Shown piece by piece: positions 44,832 to 54,297 of a stretch of 64,000 nt of DNA. The notes beneath the pieces are model-generated. The model did no database searches and was not told the origin of the DNA. It was given only the letters and a program-made list of their open reading frames with translations. This stretch comes from an uncultured Bacteroidales bacterium. GTDB taxonomy: Bacteria > Bacteroidota > Bacteroidia > Bacteroidales > VadinHA17. The position numbers were made by a program, and so were the translations under genes. The DNA is taken from assembly GCA_963725785.1 (NCBI GenBank), contig CAVRZV010000009.1:1667-65666 (forward strand). The letters run 5' to 3'. Within the stretch, counting starts at the first letter, position 1. The number at the start of each line of letters is the position of its first letter.

Positions 44832-47634
44832 TTCCACTTGTGTGGGAGTAACAGTAGGAACACAACCTGTTGATATCAGTATGTGTGCTGTATCAGGTAT
44901 TGCTACATTTACAGTATCAGCTAATGGAACAGCTCCATTTACATACCAATGGCAATATAACAATGGTGGTATCTGGGGGTCTGTAGTTAATGGCACTCCT
45001 CTTGGTGCAGTATATACAAATGCCACCACTGCCGTCCTGAGCGTGACCGGAATTACTACAGCCGGAAGTTATCAATATCGCTGCTTTATTACAAATTGTA
45101 CTGGTGGAAATAATGCAACATCCGGCATTGGTACACTTACAGTTAATGCTTCGCCAATACCGACACTTTCAAGCTCAGATCCTGACAACGTCTTTTGTTT
45201 TGGGACGAGTGTAATATTTACAGCCGGAGGCGGAACGAACTTTAACTTCAGGGTAAATGGAACATCTGTACAAAATGGAACATTAGCAACCTACACTACG
45301 ACTACATTGGCAAATGGTCAGATAGTTACAGTTATTGTCTCCAACGCAACTGGTTGTACAGCTACTTCTGCGCCAATACAGAATATTGTAAACCCACTGC
45401 CATTTATTATTTTATCCACTGCACCTGCCTGTTCAGCTGATTTCCTTACCTATTCACTAGGTGTAACGGTAGGGTCAGGTACGGTAACGTGCCCTTTTGG
45501 CACTGTTACAAGTATGGGAAGTAATATTTGGACAATATCCAACATTCCGGCTCATACTAATGTTACCATAAGAGTACTGGATAGCGGTGGCTGTGAAAAT
45601 ACCATTACCGTTACAGCTCCGGATTGTAATTGTCCGGCAGTACCTGCTCCGGTAAGTAGTGGGGACAGATCCTATTGTGCCGGAGGAATAATTCCTGTTT
45701 TGTCTGTGACTGTTCCGGCCGGTGGAAACCCAAAGACTGTAGATTGGTATAATTCCGCATCTGGTGGTACAATTCTTCTGAGTGGAAATCTGAATTTCAC
45801 ACCAACTGCAGCAGGTACTTATTATGCAGTAACAAGAGAGATAAGTTCCAGTTGTTTAAGCGCTACCCGGACTCCGGTAATACTCACAATGAATCCATTG
45901 CCGGTACCTACCCTCACCAGTTCAGATGCAGATAATATTTTCTGTGGCGGAACGAGTGTAACATTTACTGCCGGAGGCGGAACAAGTTATAACTTCCTGG
46001 TAGGTGGATTAAGCAGACAGGATGGTGTATCATCTACATATACTACCACTACCCTTACAAATGGGCAGTCCGTCGTATCAATAGTCACAAATGCCAGTGG
46101 ATGTACAGCCGCATCAGCTGCAATAACTAATACTGTAAACCCCACGCCGGTACCAACACTTACAAGTTCGGACGCAGATAATAGCTTCTGTACAGGTACT
46201 AATGTGACATTTACTGCCGGAGGCGGAACGAATTACGATTTCAGGGTTGGTGGTGTGAGTGTTCAGAATGGTGTTTTAACAACCTATTCTACCAATTCGC
46301 TTACAAACGGGCAGGTGGTTGATGTAGTAGTATCAAATGCCAGTGGATGTTCAGCCACATCAACAGGAATTACTAATGCTGTATTTGCTGCACCAGTGGC
46401 TAATGCCGGAACCGGAGGCAATAATTGTGGTCTGGGATTTAGTCTGAATGGTTCCCTTAATGTTGGTACGGGAACCTGGGCAAAAGTCAGCGGACCCGGA
46501 AATGTTTCATTTAGTCCCAACGCAAATACACCAACTGCATTGGCTACTGTGACTTCCTTTGGCACGTATGTTTTCAGCTGGACAGTTGCAAACGGGACAT
46601 GCACAAGCAGCGCCAATGTGACTGTAATATTCATTCAGCAACCGCCTGCAGAAGCAGGAGCAGGAGGAGATGAATGTGATAAGGATTTCATAATGAAAGC
46701 AGTGATAACAACCGGAGTTGGAACGTGGACAAAAATCAGTGGTCCGGGTGCCGCAGTATTTACTCCTGATACTCATCAGGCTAATGCAAAAGTAACAGTT
46801 GATCAGTTTGGTGCCTATACTTTTGGATGGACAGTTGTAAACAGTATTTGTACATCCAGCGACGTTGTCAATGTTGTATTTCATGATCTTCCTCCAATAA
46901 ATGCAGGAAGAGATACAGCTTTCTGTAAAGGAGGCAGTATGCAGCTGCATGCACTGGGAGTCGGTACGGTATCGTGGGTACCGGCTTTACTTGTCAGCAA
47001 TCCGAATATTATCAATCCGGTCGCAACACCCGATACAACAACGACTTTTACAGTAAATCTGACTGATCAGTTCGGGTGTAAAAACTCAGATAATATTGTT
47101 GTAGAGGTCAGAGTAAAACCTATCGCAAATGCTGGTCCTGATCAGGAGCTGACTTATGTGTTAAAGACAACAATGGATGCCACGCTTGCTCACAGTTATG
47201 AAACAGGAGTATGGTCGGTAGTTCCAGCATCAGGGACTGGTGAGTTTTCGGACAGCACAAATTCCAAAACACAGGTAAGCAATCTCTCATTAGGAAAGAA
47301 TAAATTTCTATGGAAGGTTAAAAACGGCTACTGTCCTTCATCTACTGATACAGTTATGATTACTGTAAATGATTTTATTGTTCCTACACTGATAACGCCA
47401 AATATGGATGGCAGGAATGACTATTTTGTACTGAGAGGACTATCTACCTTTGGAAAGACAGAATTAATAATTTTCGACAGAAGAGGAACCCAGGTTTACA
47501 GGAATACAAATTATGACAATTCATGGGACGGTGTTGACTATAATAAAAATCCTCTTCCTTCGGATACATATTTCTATGTTTTGAAATCTGAAAATGGTAT
47601 ATCAATTAGTGGTTATATTGTAATAAGACGTTAG
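44821..47634 (+). CDS. C-terminal half of the same protein, ending in a T9SS type-B (CHU_C-like) sorting domain
   Basis: No signal peptide, and the frame is closed upstream by tag at 44797. It has Ig-like modules, ANAG...C...W...G.G modules like those of the first gene, and the final LITPNMDGRNDYFVLRGL......IFDRRG..VY......WDG.......LPSDTYFYVL......ISGYIVIRR. Confidence 0.85.
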   Translation: MTVNSTCVGVTVGTQPVDISMCAVSGIATFTVSANGTAPFTYQWQYNNGGIWGSVVNGTPLGAVYTNATTAVLSVTGITTAGSYQYRCFITNCTGGNNATSGIGTLTVNASPIPTLSSSDPDNVFCFGTSVIFTAGGGTNFNFRVNGTSVQNGTLATYTTTTLANGQIVTVIVSNATGCTATSAPIQNIVNPLPFIILSTAPACSADFLTYSLGVTVGSGTVTCPFGTVTSMGSNIWTISNIPAHTNVTIRVLDSGGCENTITVTAPDCNCPAVPAPVSSGDRSYCAGGIIPVLSVTVPAGGNPKTVDWYNSASGGTILLSGNLNFTPTAAGTYYAVTREISSSCLSATRTPVILTMNPLPVPTLTSSDADNIFCGGTSVTFTAGGGTSYNFLVGGLSRQDGVSSTYTTTTLTNGQSVVSIVTNASGCTAASAAITNTVNPTPVPTLTSSDADNSFCTGTNVTFTAGGGTNYDFRVGGVSVQNGVLTTYSTNSLTNGQVVDVVVSNASGCSATSTGITNAVFAAPVANAGTGGNNCGLGFSLNGSLNVGTGTWAKVSGPGNVSFSPNANTPTALATVTSFGTYVFSWTVANGTCTSSANVTVIFIQQPPAEAGAGGDECDKDFIMKAVITTGVGTWTKISGPGAAVFTPDTHQANAKVTVDQFGAYTFGWTVVNSICTSSDVVNVVFHDLPPINAGRDTAFCKGGSMQLHALGVGTVSWVPALLVSNPNIINPVATPDTTTTFTVNLTDQFGCKNSDNIVVEVRVKPIANAGPDQELTYVLKTTMDATLAHSYETGVWSVVPASGTGEFSDSTNSKTQVSNLSLGKNKFLWKVKNGYCPSSTDTVMITVNDFIVPTLITPNMDGRNDYFVLRGLSTFGKTELIIFDRRGTQVYRNTNYDNSWDGVDYNKNPLPSDTYFYVLKSENGISISGYIVIRR

Positions 47635-47636
47635 TA

Positions 47637-48554
47637 ATGAAAAGAATAATTAAATCATTTATTTTACTACTGATTCCTCTAAGTCTGGCAGGGCAATTGT
47701 CACCTGTAACGAGTCAGTATGTTCTTAATCCGTTAAGCATAAACCCTGCTTATGCCGGCAACCGGGGTGCGCTTAATATAGCGGCATTTTACCGGCGACA
47801 GTGGGCGGGTATTGCCGGCGCTCCTGAAACTTTAACTATTGCTGCAGATTCTCCATTTCTTGATTCAAAACTGGGATTGGGTTTGATTATTACAAGCGAT
47901 AGAATAGGAGTGACCAAGGAAACTCATTTTCTTACAAATTATGCCTATAAAATAAGTATGAATAAGGGAATCCTTTCTTTTGGTCTGGGTGCCGGCTTAG
48001 TGACTACTAATACTAAATGGTCTGACCTTGTAGCGCTTGACCCGGGGGATGAAAATTTTCTCACCGATTCACGGGTATTTGTAGTACCTGACTTTAGTTT
48101 TGGGGTTTATTATTCATACCAGAATTTCTTTGGAGGCTTGTCAGTACCTAAGCTATTAGGATACAGATTTAATTATAATAAGAATAAATATACTCTGATA
48201 TTCAGCCCGGGTCAATACAACTATCTTTTTAATGCAGGATACATTTATACGCTGTCACAGAAAATTAAATTTTTTCCATCAACGCTTATAACATTTTCTC
48301 CAAAAGAAAAGTTGCTTGTTGATTTAAATGCCTATGTCAGTCTAAATGACAGAATTTGGGCCGGTGCTTCATATAGGAATAAAAGGTCGATTGGAGTATT
48401 ATTTCAATTTGCTGTTAACAATCAATTTCGGGTAGCTTATACTTACGACATTGATTTTGGAAAACTTGGTAATTATAGCAAGGGCTCACATGAAATTATG
48501 CTCAGATACGAATTTCATTATAAAGTTGACGCAATAAGTCCTTTAAATTTTTAA
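47637..48554 (+). CDS. PorP/SprF-family type IX secretion system membrane protein
   Basis: Signal peptide, TSQYVLNPLSINPAYAGN, and C-terminal SHEIMLRYEF. It starts 2 nt after the type-B CTD gene. Confidence 0.9.
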   Translation: MKRIIKSFILLLIPLSLAGQLSPVTSQYVLNPLSINPAYAGNRGALNIAAFYRRQWAGIAGAPETLTIAADSPFLDSKLGLGLIITSDRIGVTKETHFLTNYAYKISMNKGILSFGLGAGLVTTNTKWSDLVALDPGDENFLTDSRVFVVPDFSFGVYYSYQNFFGGLSVPKLLGYRFNYNKNKYTLIFSPGQYNYLFNAGYIYTLSQKIKFFPSTLITFSPKEKLLVDLNAYVSLNDRIWAGASYRNKRSIGVLFQFAVNNQFRVAYTYDIDFGKLGNYSKGSHEIMLRYEFHYKVDAISPLNF

Positions 48555-48684
48555 AGCTGTGACCTGTAAGATTGTAGTACCGGATATTGTAGGTACCTGC
48601 GAAAGTTTTACCATATTTACAGTCGGATAAGAAATTTAATATTAATTTTAAGTGTTCTTGACACTTTTGAGTATATTCTTTAAC

Positions 48685-50832
48685 ATGGTACGGAAATTGG
48701 GTTTAGTCATAATTGTTATTCTTTTGTCACAAATAATATTGGGACAATCTGAAACATATACCATTAAAAAGGCTTCTTTCAGTTCGGATAAATATGATGA
48801 ATTCTCGCCCGTATATTATAAAAACGGGATAGTTTTTTGTTCCAGCAGGAATCTCGGTTTATCAAGTCGTTCAACATCTCAGAATAGAGGACTTTTTAAA
48901 ATTTTTTATATAGATACAACCGGGAAGGCTGACTGGGAAAGTACAAAGTTGTTTTCAAGAAATCTGACGACAGTATTAAATGATGGACCTGTTGCTTTTA
49001 ACAGTTTAAGAGATACTATTTACTTTTCACGTAATCAGGATGTTACTAGTAAATTTGGCGATATATCCAATCCAAGGAATAAGCTGGGTATTTTTTCTGC
49101 GGTGCTGATTGGGGGTCAATGGACAAAAGTAAGGGAACTGAGGATAAACAATGAGTGGTATAATGTAACAACTCCTTGTCTTTCTCCAGATGGTAAGAAA
49201 CTATATTTTGCTTCTGACAGACCGGGAGGATACGGTGGTTCAGATCTTTACTACAGCCTGTGGAGGAACGATCGCTGGGAGGATCCGGTAAATCTTGGCC
49301 CTGTTATCAATACCAAAGGGAATGAATCATATCCTTTCATTAATCCATCCGGCGAATTATTCTTTTCTTCTGATGGTCATCCTGGTCATGGAGGGAAGGA
49401 TATTTACTTTTCATTCTTTTCAGATACTACATGGATAACTCCAGTTTGTCTGGATCAACCTATCAATTCAAAATTTGATGATTTTGGTATCGTTACAGAC
49501 GAACAAATGAAGGAAGGATATTTTTCAACTAACAGAGATAAATCAATTGATATATACCATTTCAAAACAAACCTTCCACAAATTCTTTATAACAAAATTC
49601 AAAAAGAAAATCAGTATTGTTTCTTGTTCAATGATAGTGGTGCCTTGGAAATTGATTCAACTCGCCTTAAGTATTTATGGGATTTTGGAGATGGTGAAAA
49701 GGCTGCCGGAATGGTGGTTTCGCATTGTTTCAAGAGCGCAGGAAAGTACAGCGTCAAGTTAGATGTTATTGACAAAGCTACCAGGAACCTGTTTCTTTCA
49801 AAATTAGAATACAACCTTGAATTGCTTGATTATATACAACCCTATATAAATGCTCCGGAAATTACTATTAAAGGCGATACACTGAGATTGGACGGAGTCA
49901 GATCTAACCTTCCCGGATATAAGGTTTTAAGTTATTATTGGAATTTCGGAGACGGATACAGATCTTCTGGAAGTAATGTCATGCACGCTTATAATGCGAA
50001 TGGTGAATTTATCATTAATATGGAATTGACTTTAAAGTCGGAACTGACCGGGATTATTCATAAGACTGGTGTTTCAAAAAAAATATTGATTTTTAATAAT
50101 ATTAAGGAGAAAGAATCCTATCTGGCTGGAAAGACTTCATCAAAAACAACATTGCCTGACATCAGACATTCTGAAAATGCACAGATCAAAATCAAGTATT
50201 CAGCTGAATCGGAATTCAGCAAAGATGCAATATTCAATGTTGAATTGCTTTCATCCAAAAAAAGAATCGGAACAGATAGCTGGAGCTTCAGAAACGTACC
50301 AAAGAAGTACACAATAATCGAGAAATTTAGTCCGGAAGATAGTACTTATCAATATATAGTTGATCAGCAGCTAAGTCTCATGTCTACATACCCTGCATAT
50401 AACGAATTATATGAACTGGGATTTAAAAATGTAAGAATAAAAACCTTTGTTCTTAAAGATCCATCTGAAAAGGAACTTCATAACCTGATAAAAATAAATG
50501 GGGCGTTTGCTGATACTTATTTTGACAGTTCAGACAAACTTACATCAAATGCTTATATTATGCTTGATCAGATTATTAAGCTGATGAACAAGTATCCTTA
50601 CATACGACTTGAAGTGGCAGTTCACTCTGATAATACAGGCACTCCGGAAACAAGTCTGGCATTATCCCAGTTACGTTCAAGATTACTGGTTGGATATATG
50701 ATCAACAGGGGAATAAATGGCAAAAGACTGGTTGCAACTGGTTTTGGAGCATCCAAGCCTATTGCCCCTAATTTTCTGGAAAAAGACAGAAAATTAAACC
50801 GGAGGATAGATTTTATTATCTTAACCAAGTGA
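48685..50832 (+). CDS. OmpA-family peptidoglycan-binding protein with PD40/TolB-like beta-propeller repeats and PKD domains
   Basis: Repeated S.DG..L.F.SDR.GG.GG.D.Y motifs, two PKD-like W(D/N)FGDG segments, and a C-terminal OmpA_C pattern (VAVHSDNTG....SLALSQ.RS.....Y......GKRL...GFG.SKPIA.N......NRRIDF). Start taken at ATG 48685. Confidence 0.85.
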   Translation: MVRKLGLVIIVILLSQIILGQSETYTIKKASFSSDKYDEFSPVYYKNGIVFCSSRNLGLSSRSTSQNRGLFKIFYIDTTGKADWESTKLFSRNLTTVLNDGPVAFNSLRDTIYFSRNQDVTSKFGDISNPRNKLGIFSAVLIGGQWTKVRELRINNEWYNVTTPCLSPDGKKLYFASDRPGGYGGSDLYYSLWRNDRWEDPVNLGPVINTKGNESYPFINPSGELFFSSDGHPGHGGKDIYFSFFSDTTWITPVCLDQPINSKFDDFGIVTDEQMKEGYFSTNRDKSIDIYHFKTNLPQILYNKIQKENQYCFLFNDSGALEIDSTRLKYLWDFGDGEKAAGMVVSHCFKSAGKYSVKLDVIDKATRNLFLSKLEYNLELLDYIQPYINAPEITIKGDTLRLDGVRSNLPGYKVLSYYWNFGDGYRSSGSNVMHAYNANGEFIINMELTLKSELTGIIHKTGVSKKILIFNNIKEKESYLAGKTSSKTTLPDIRHSENAQIKIKYSAESEFSKDAIFNVELLSSKKRIGTDSWSFRNVPKKYTIIEKFSPEDSTYQYIVDQQLSLMSTYPAYNELYELGFKNVRIKTFVLKDPSEKELHNLIKINGAFADTYFDSSDKLTSNAYIMLDQIIKLMNKYPYIRLEVAVHSDNTGTPETSLALSQLRSRLLVGYMINRGINGKRLVATGFGASKPIAPNFLEKDRKLNRRIDFIILTK

Positions 50833-50875
50833 TTTTTGAAGGTATTCCTAAAAGAGTGGGAATCGGATTATTCTA

Positions 50876-51880
50876 TCAATAAGGGAGCAGAATAAACCAG
50901 TAATAAATAATTCCCAGTGTTTCACGTATTGTTTTAAGAAGCCTGACAATTTTTGAACGGTTATATTTATAATCCGGAAGGGAAATTATTCCTATCTTAT
51001 ACTTTTCATTCAACACTCTGTTATAAGTCATCCAGGTTCGTCTGGCATGAGTGCCCATACTTATAATTTTTATCCCTTTAATATTTATATCTGATGTCTT
51101 AAGCCAATCACGAAATGCAAGAGCACTTGTAAGGGTCCTGTTTATTCTGACTTTGTCTCCCGAGACGGCTGTAATTTGCGAAGGATCCATCCCCATGAAT
51201 ACCAGTCGTTTTTTTGTAAGTTCAGCATTCGAGATATAGTTGTTAATAATCCTTCGTTTTCCATCAGGGTATGTAACTTCATACGCTGAGTTGTTAAGAA
51301 AAGGAATAGTAATTTTATGATCAATTTTGATATCTTTTATAAATAGATTGCGGTCTCCGAAATCACCCATAAAGTCATTGGTGAACTCTACCATAATGGA
51401 ATCAATCTCATTCAGATCACCGTTCCAGTTAATACTATATCTTTTTTTTTGTTTTTCGGCAAAAAAATCAGCAGCAAGGGAATCATTAATGTATAGGTTA
51501 AAATGAGCTCTGTTTTCTCCGCCTAATTCGCTAAATGCATCAACTTCAATTGAATGCGGTCCGGTATCATTGAGCCCTGATAAGCTTTTACGGGGATAAA
51601 AGATCAGGAATCCGACCTCTGCTAACCTGAAATATTCTGAAGTGGACCTGATTCCTGTAATAATGATATTATCATACTTATTTTCACGAGATTCCTTATA
51701 TGCCATTTCAAGGGCATAATCTGGAAGCCAGCCTTCAACAATTAATACATTTGCACTCACCTGCTCCGATTTTGAAAGATATCCTGAGAGATAATTGAAA
51801 GCAGGGTTCAGCAAGATATAAACGAGAATTAAAACAAAAATAAGAATGATTATTTTGAAGAGTAATCCTTTTTTTTTCAT
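50876..51880 (-). CDS. DUF218 (YdcF/ElyC/SanA-like) membrane-anchored protein with a ~120-aa inserted domain
   Basis: N-terminal TM. The DUF218-like halves (ANVLIVEGW...IIITG and ...NRTLTSALAFRDWL...IKIISMGTHARR) are separated by HSIEVDAF...FTNDFMGDFGDRNLFIKDIKID. Confidence 0.55.
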   Translation of the reverse strand: MKKKGLLFKIIILIFVLILVYILLNPAFNYLSGYLSKSEQVSANVLIVEGWLPDYALEMAYKESRENKYDNIIITGIRSTSEYFRLAEVGFLIFYPRKSLSGLNDTGPHSIEVDAFSELGGENRAHFNLYINDSLAADFFAEKQKKRYSINWNGDLNEIDSIMVEFTNDFMGDFGDRNLFIKDIKIDHKITIPFLNNSAYEVTYPDGKRRIINNYISNAELTKKRLVFMGMDPSQITAVSGDKVRINRTLTSALAFRDWLKTSDINIKGIKIISMGTHARRTWMTYNRVLNEKYKIGIISLPDYKYNRSKIVRLLKTIRETLGIIYYWFILLPY

Positions 51881-52045
51881 AAGTTTATTTCAGATTAACA
51901 TCGGTTTATTCCCCTTCTTATGTATCAATTTTTAATAGTTCAAATTAACTGAAAAAATTCAATAAAACATCAGAACATATATTAAGATAACCTCTGCAGA
52001 ATCATTTAAATTTAATTTACACCAGGTCAGGTAATTTCAGACAAA

Positions 52046-52993
52046 ATGGAAAAAACAGCACTGATTATTCCGGTTTTCAATGAAGAAATAACAATTGAAG
52101 CAACCTTGTTAGATTTTCATAATTATATACCCGATGCCTATTTCTATGTCGTTGACAATAATTCAAAAGACAAAACTGCTGAGATAGCAGCAAGAATTTA
52201 TAAAGAAAATGGACTTAAGGGTGAGATTTTATTTGAAAGAAAGCAAGGCAAGGCAAACGCTGTGAGAAAAGCGTTTAGCCATATTGAATCAGATATTTAT
52301 ATTATGATTGATGGCGATAATACCTACAAAGCCAAAGATGTAAAAGCCCTTATGCAACCCATCATAGAGGACCAGGCAGATATGACAGTTGGTGACAGGC
52401 ATAAATCAGGCGCTTACAAGCGTGAAACAAAAAGGTCGTATCATAATTTTGGAAATACACTTGTACGAAGATTAATTAATATTTTATTTCATTCAAATTT
52501 GAATGACATTCTCTCGGGATACAGAGTTTTTAATAAAAAATTTGTTGAGAATTTTCCGGTTTTATCAAGTGGGTTTGAGTTGGAAACTGAGATAACTCTT
52601 CATTCCCTTGATAAACGATTTAGGATTATTGAGATACCAATAGAATATACTGAACGACCTGAGGGAAGTTTTTCCAAAATTGATACTATTAAAGATGGAA
52701 TAAAAATCATTAGCGCTATATATCAGATCTTTCGATATTATAAACCGTTGATATTTTTTTCATTGGTTTCTTTATCATTTCTGATATGCGGTATCTTAGC
52801 AGGAATACCGGTAATAATCGAATTTGTAAATACACGATTTATTTCACATGTCCCTCTGGCGATTTTAGCAACAGGTCTTATAATTCTGGCTGTTCTTTCA
52901 ATCACCATTGGTATTATTCTGGATACAATTGTGCGTATACATCGTTTTGAATATGAATTACATCTACTCCAAAGAAAAAAACATTATCACTAA
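52046..52993 (+). CDS. Family-2 glycosyltransferase of the polyprenyl-phosphate sugar synthase type (GtrB/ArnC/DPM1-like)
   Basis: IIPVFNEE, VVDNNSKD and IMIDGDNTY (DxD), with two C-terminal TM helices; ~315 aa, typical of this subclass. Confidence 0.8.
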   Translation: MEKTALIIPVFNEEITIEATLLDFHNYIPDAYFYVVDNNSKDKTAEIAARIYKENGLKGEILFERKQGKANAVRKAFSHIESDIYIMIDGDNTYKAKDVKALMQPIIEDQADMTVGDRHKSGAYKRETKRSYHNFGNTLVRRLINILFHSNLNDILSGYRVFNKKFVENFPVLSSGFELETEITLHSLDKRFRIIEIPIEYTERPEGSFSKIDTIKDGIKIISAIYQIFRYYKPLIFFSLVSLSFLICGILAGIPVIIEFVNTRFISHVPLAILATGLIILAVLSITIGIILDTIVRIHRFEYELHLLQRKKHYH

Positions 52994-53044
52994 ATTTAAC
53001 GACAGATCCAATTTATCCACTTCATACTGAAAAAGCCTTATAAA

Positions 53045-54235
53045 ATGAAAATTAAAATACTGGTTCTATTTACTATCGTAAGCATACTCAGTTCATTGTT
53101 GCGATTTGGTCAACGCGAAAACAATCTCGCTGTTGAATCAGACTCAGATTATTATTTAGATATGATCCAGGTATTTATGGGTAATAAAGAAGAGTTCAAT
53201 AAGAGTTTTTTTGTGACTAACGAACATCATTACAACCGTCCATTGTTACCTGTTTGTGCCGGACTATTGGGTCATTATTTTTTGAACAATAATTATCCGG
53301 CTGCTTTCAGTATCATTAATATAATATCAGCAATTTTTATTGCTTTTTTGTTTTATATAATTATAAACAGGTTTTATCCAAAAATAGTCTATTCCTGGTT
53401 CCCGTCCCTTTTATTTCTGACTGCTTTCCCTCAAATGGATTTTGGTTATCATATTCTGACAGAAACAATCGGATTGGCATTTGCACTGGGAACATGCTAT
53501 TTTGTGTATAATTTAGTCTGCCGTGTTGAAAGTAAGCAATCAGCAAACGATAAATTGTATAGTTATTACAAAGACTGGACGGTATACTTTAGTATTTTTC
53601 TATTGTTAATTATACAGGTATTATCTTTTCTTACCCGGGAATCTGCTCTGTTCGTATTTGTTTTCCTCTTCTATATTGTTGTGAACAGAAAATTGTATAA
53701 ATGGAAATATTTGCCATTGGTTGTGGTATTATTTTCAGTTTTATTCGTTGCTAAAATACCTCATTTGTTCTATGCACAATTTTATCATACTCATATACCG
53801 GAAGTTTCTTTAAATCTGTCGGCCATGATTGATCCTAAATATATTTTTGATACATTCTTTAAGTTAGGACTGGCGTATAATATAAGTTGGTTACTGATAA
53901 TTCCTGCGATATATTATTTGTGGAAAGGAAAATTGACCAGGGTTCACGAGTTTATTATCGGGTGGACTCTGGCTGCTTTAGGTTATATGGCTATTGGGTA
54001 TTTACACAATAAGATGATTCCGAATGGTTATCCGTTGCGTATGTTCTTATCAATGTTTCCTCTTTTATATTTGATTATCATCGAGTTTCTTGAAAAAAAA
54101 TTCAGTCCTCCAAAACTTTTTTATATACTTGGTTTGTTTTTAATATTGCATGTTGGAATCAGTGTCCTTGGTGTCATTCTCGACTCCGGAGTTTACACAA
54201 TACATAACATTTTTGATATTTTCAATGTCTTATAA
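53045..54235 (+). CDS. Polytopic membrane protein, possibly a GT-C-fold (ArnT/PMT-like) glycosyltransferase
   Basis: At least 9 hydrophobic segments. An acidic motif ESDSDYYLD follows TM1. It is adjacent to the GtrB-like GT2. There is no direct sequence motif proof. Confidence 0.4.
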   Translation: MKIKILVLFTIVSILSSLLRFGQRENNLAVESDSDYYLDMIQVFMGNKEEFNKSFFVTNEHHYNRPLLPVCAGLLGHYFLNNNYPAAFSIINIISAIFIAFLFYIIINRFYPKIVYSWFPSLLFLTAFPQMDFGYHILTETIGLAFALGTCYFVYNLVCRVESKQSANDKLYSYYKDWTVYFSIFLLLIIQVLSFLTRESALFVFVFLFYIVVNRKLYKWKYLPLVVVLFSVLFVAKIPHLFYAQFYHTHIPEVSLNLSAMIDPKYIFDTFFKLGLAYNISWLLIIPAIYYLWKGKLTRVHEFIIGWTLAALGYMAIGYLHNKMIPNGYPLRMFLSMFPLLYLIIIEFLEKKFSPPKLFYILGLFLILHVGISVLGVILDSGVYTIHNIFDIFNVL

Positions 54236-54297
54236 TCAGTGAAGCTTTGCCTGGAGTTCACAAAACGGAGAAGAGTAAAGAAAAAGTCTAAGAATAA

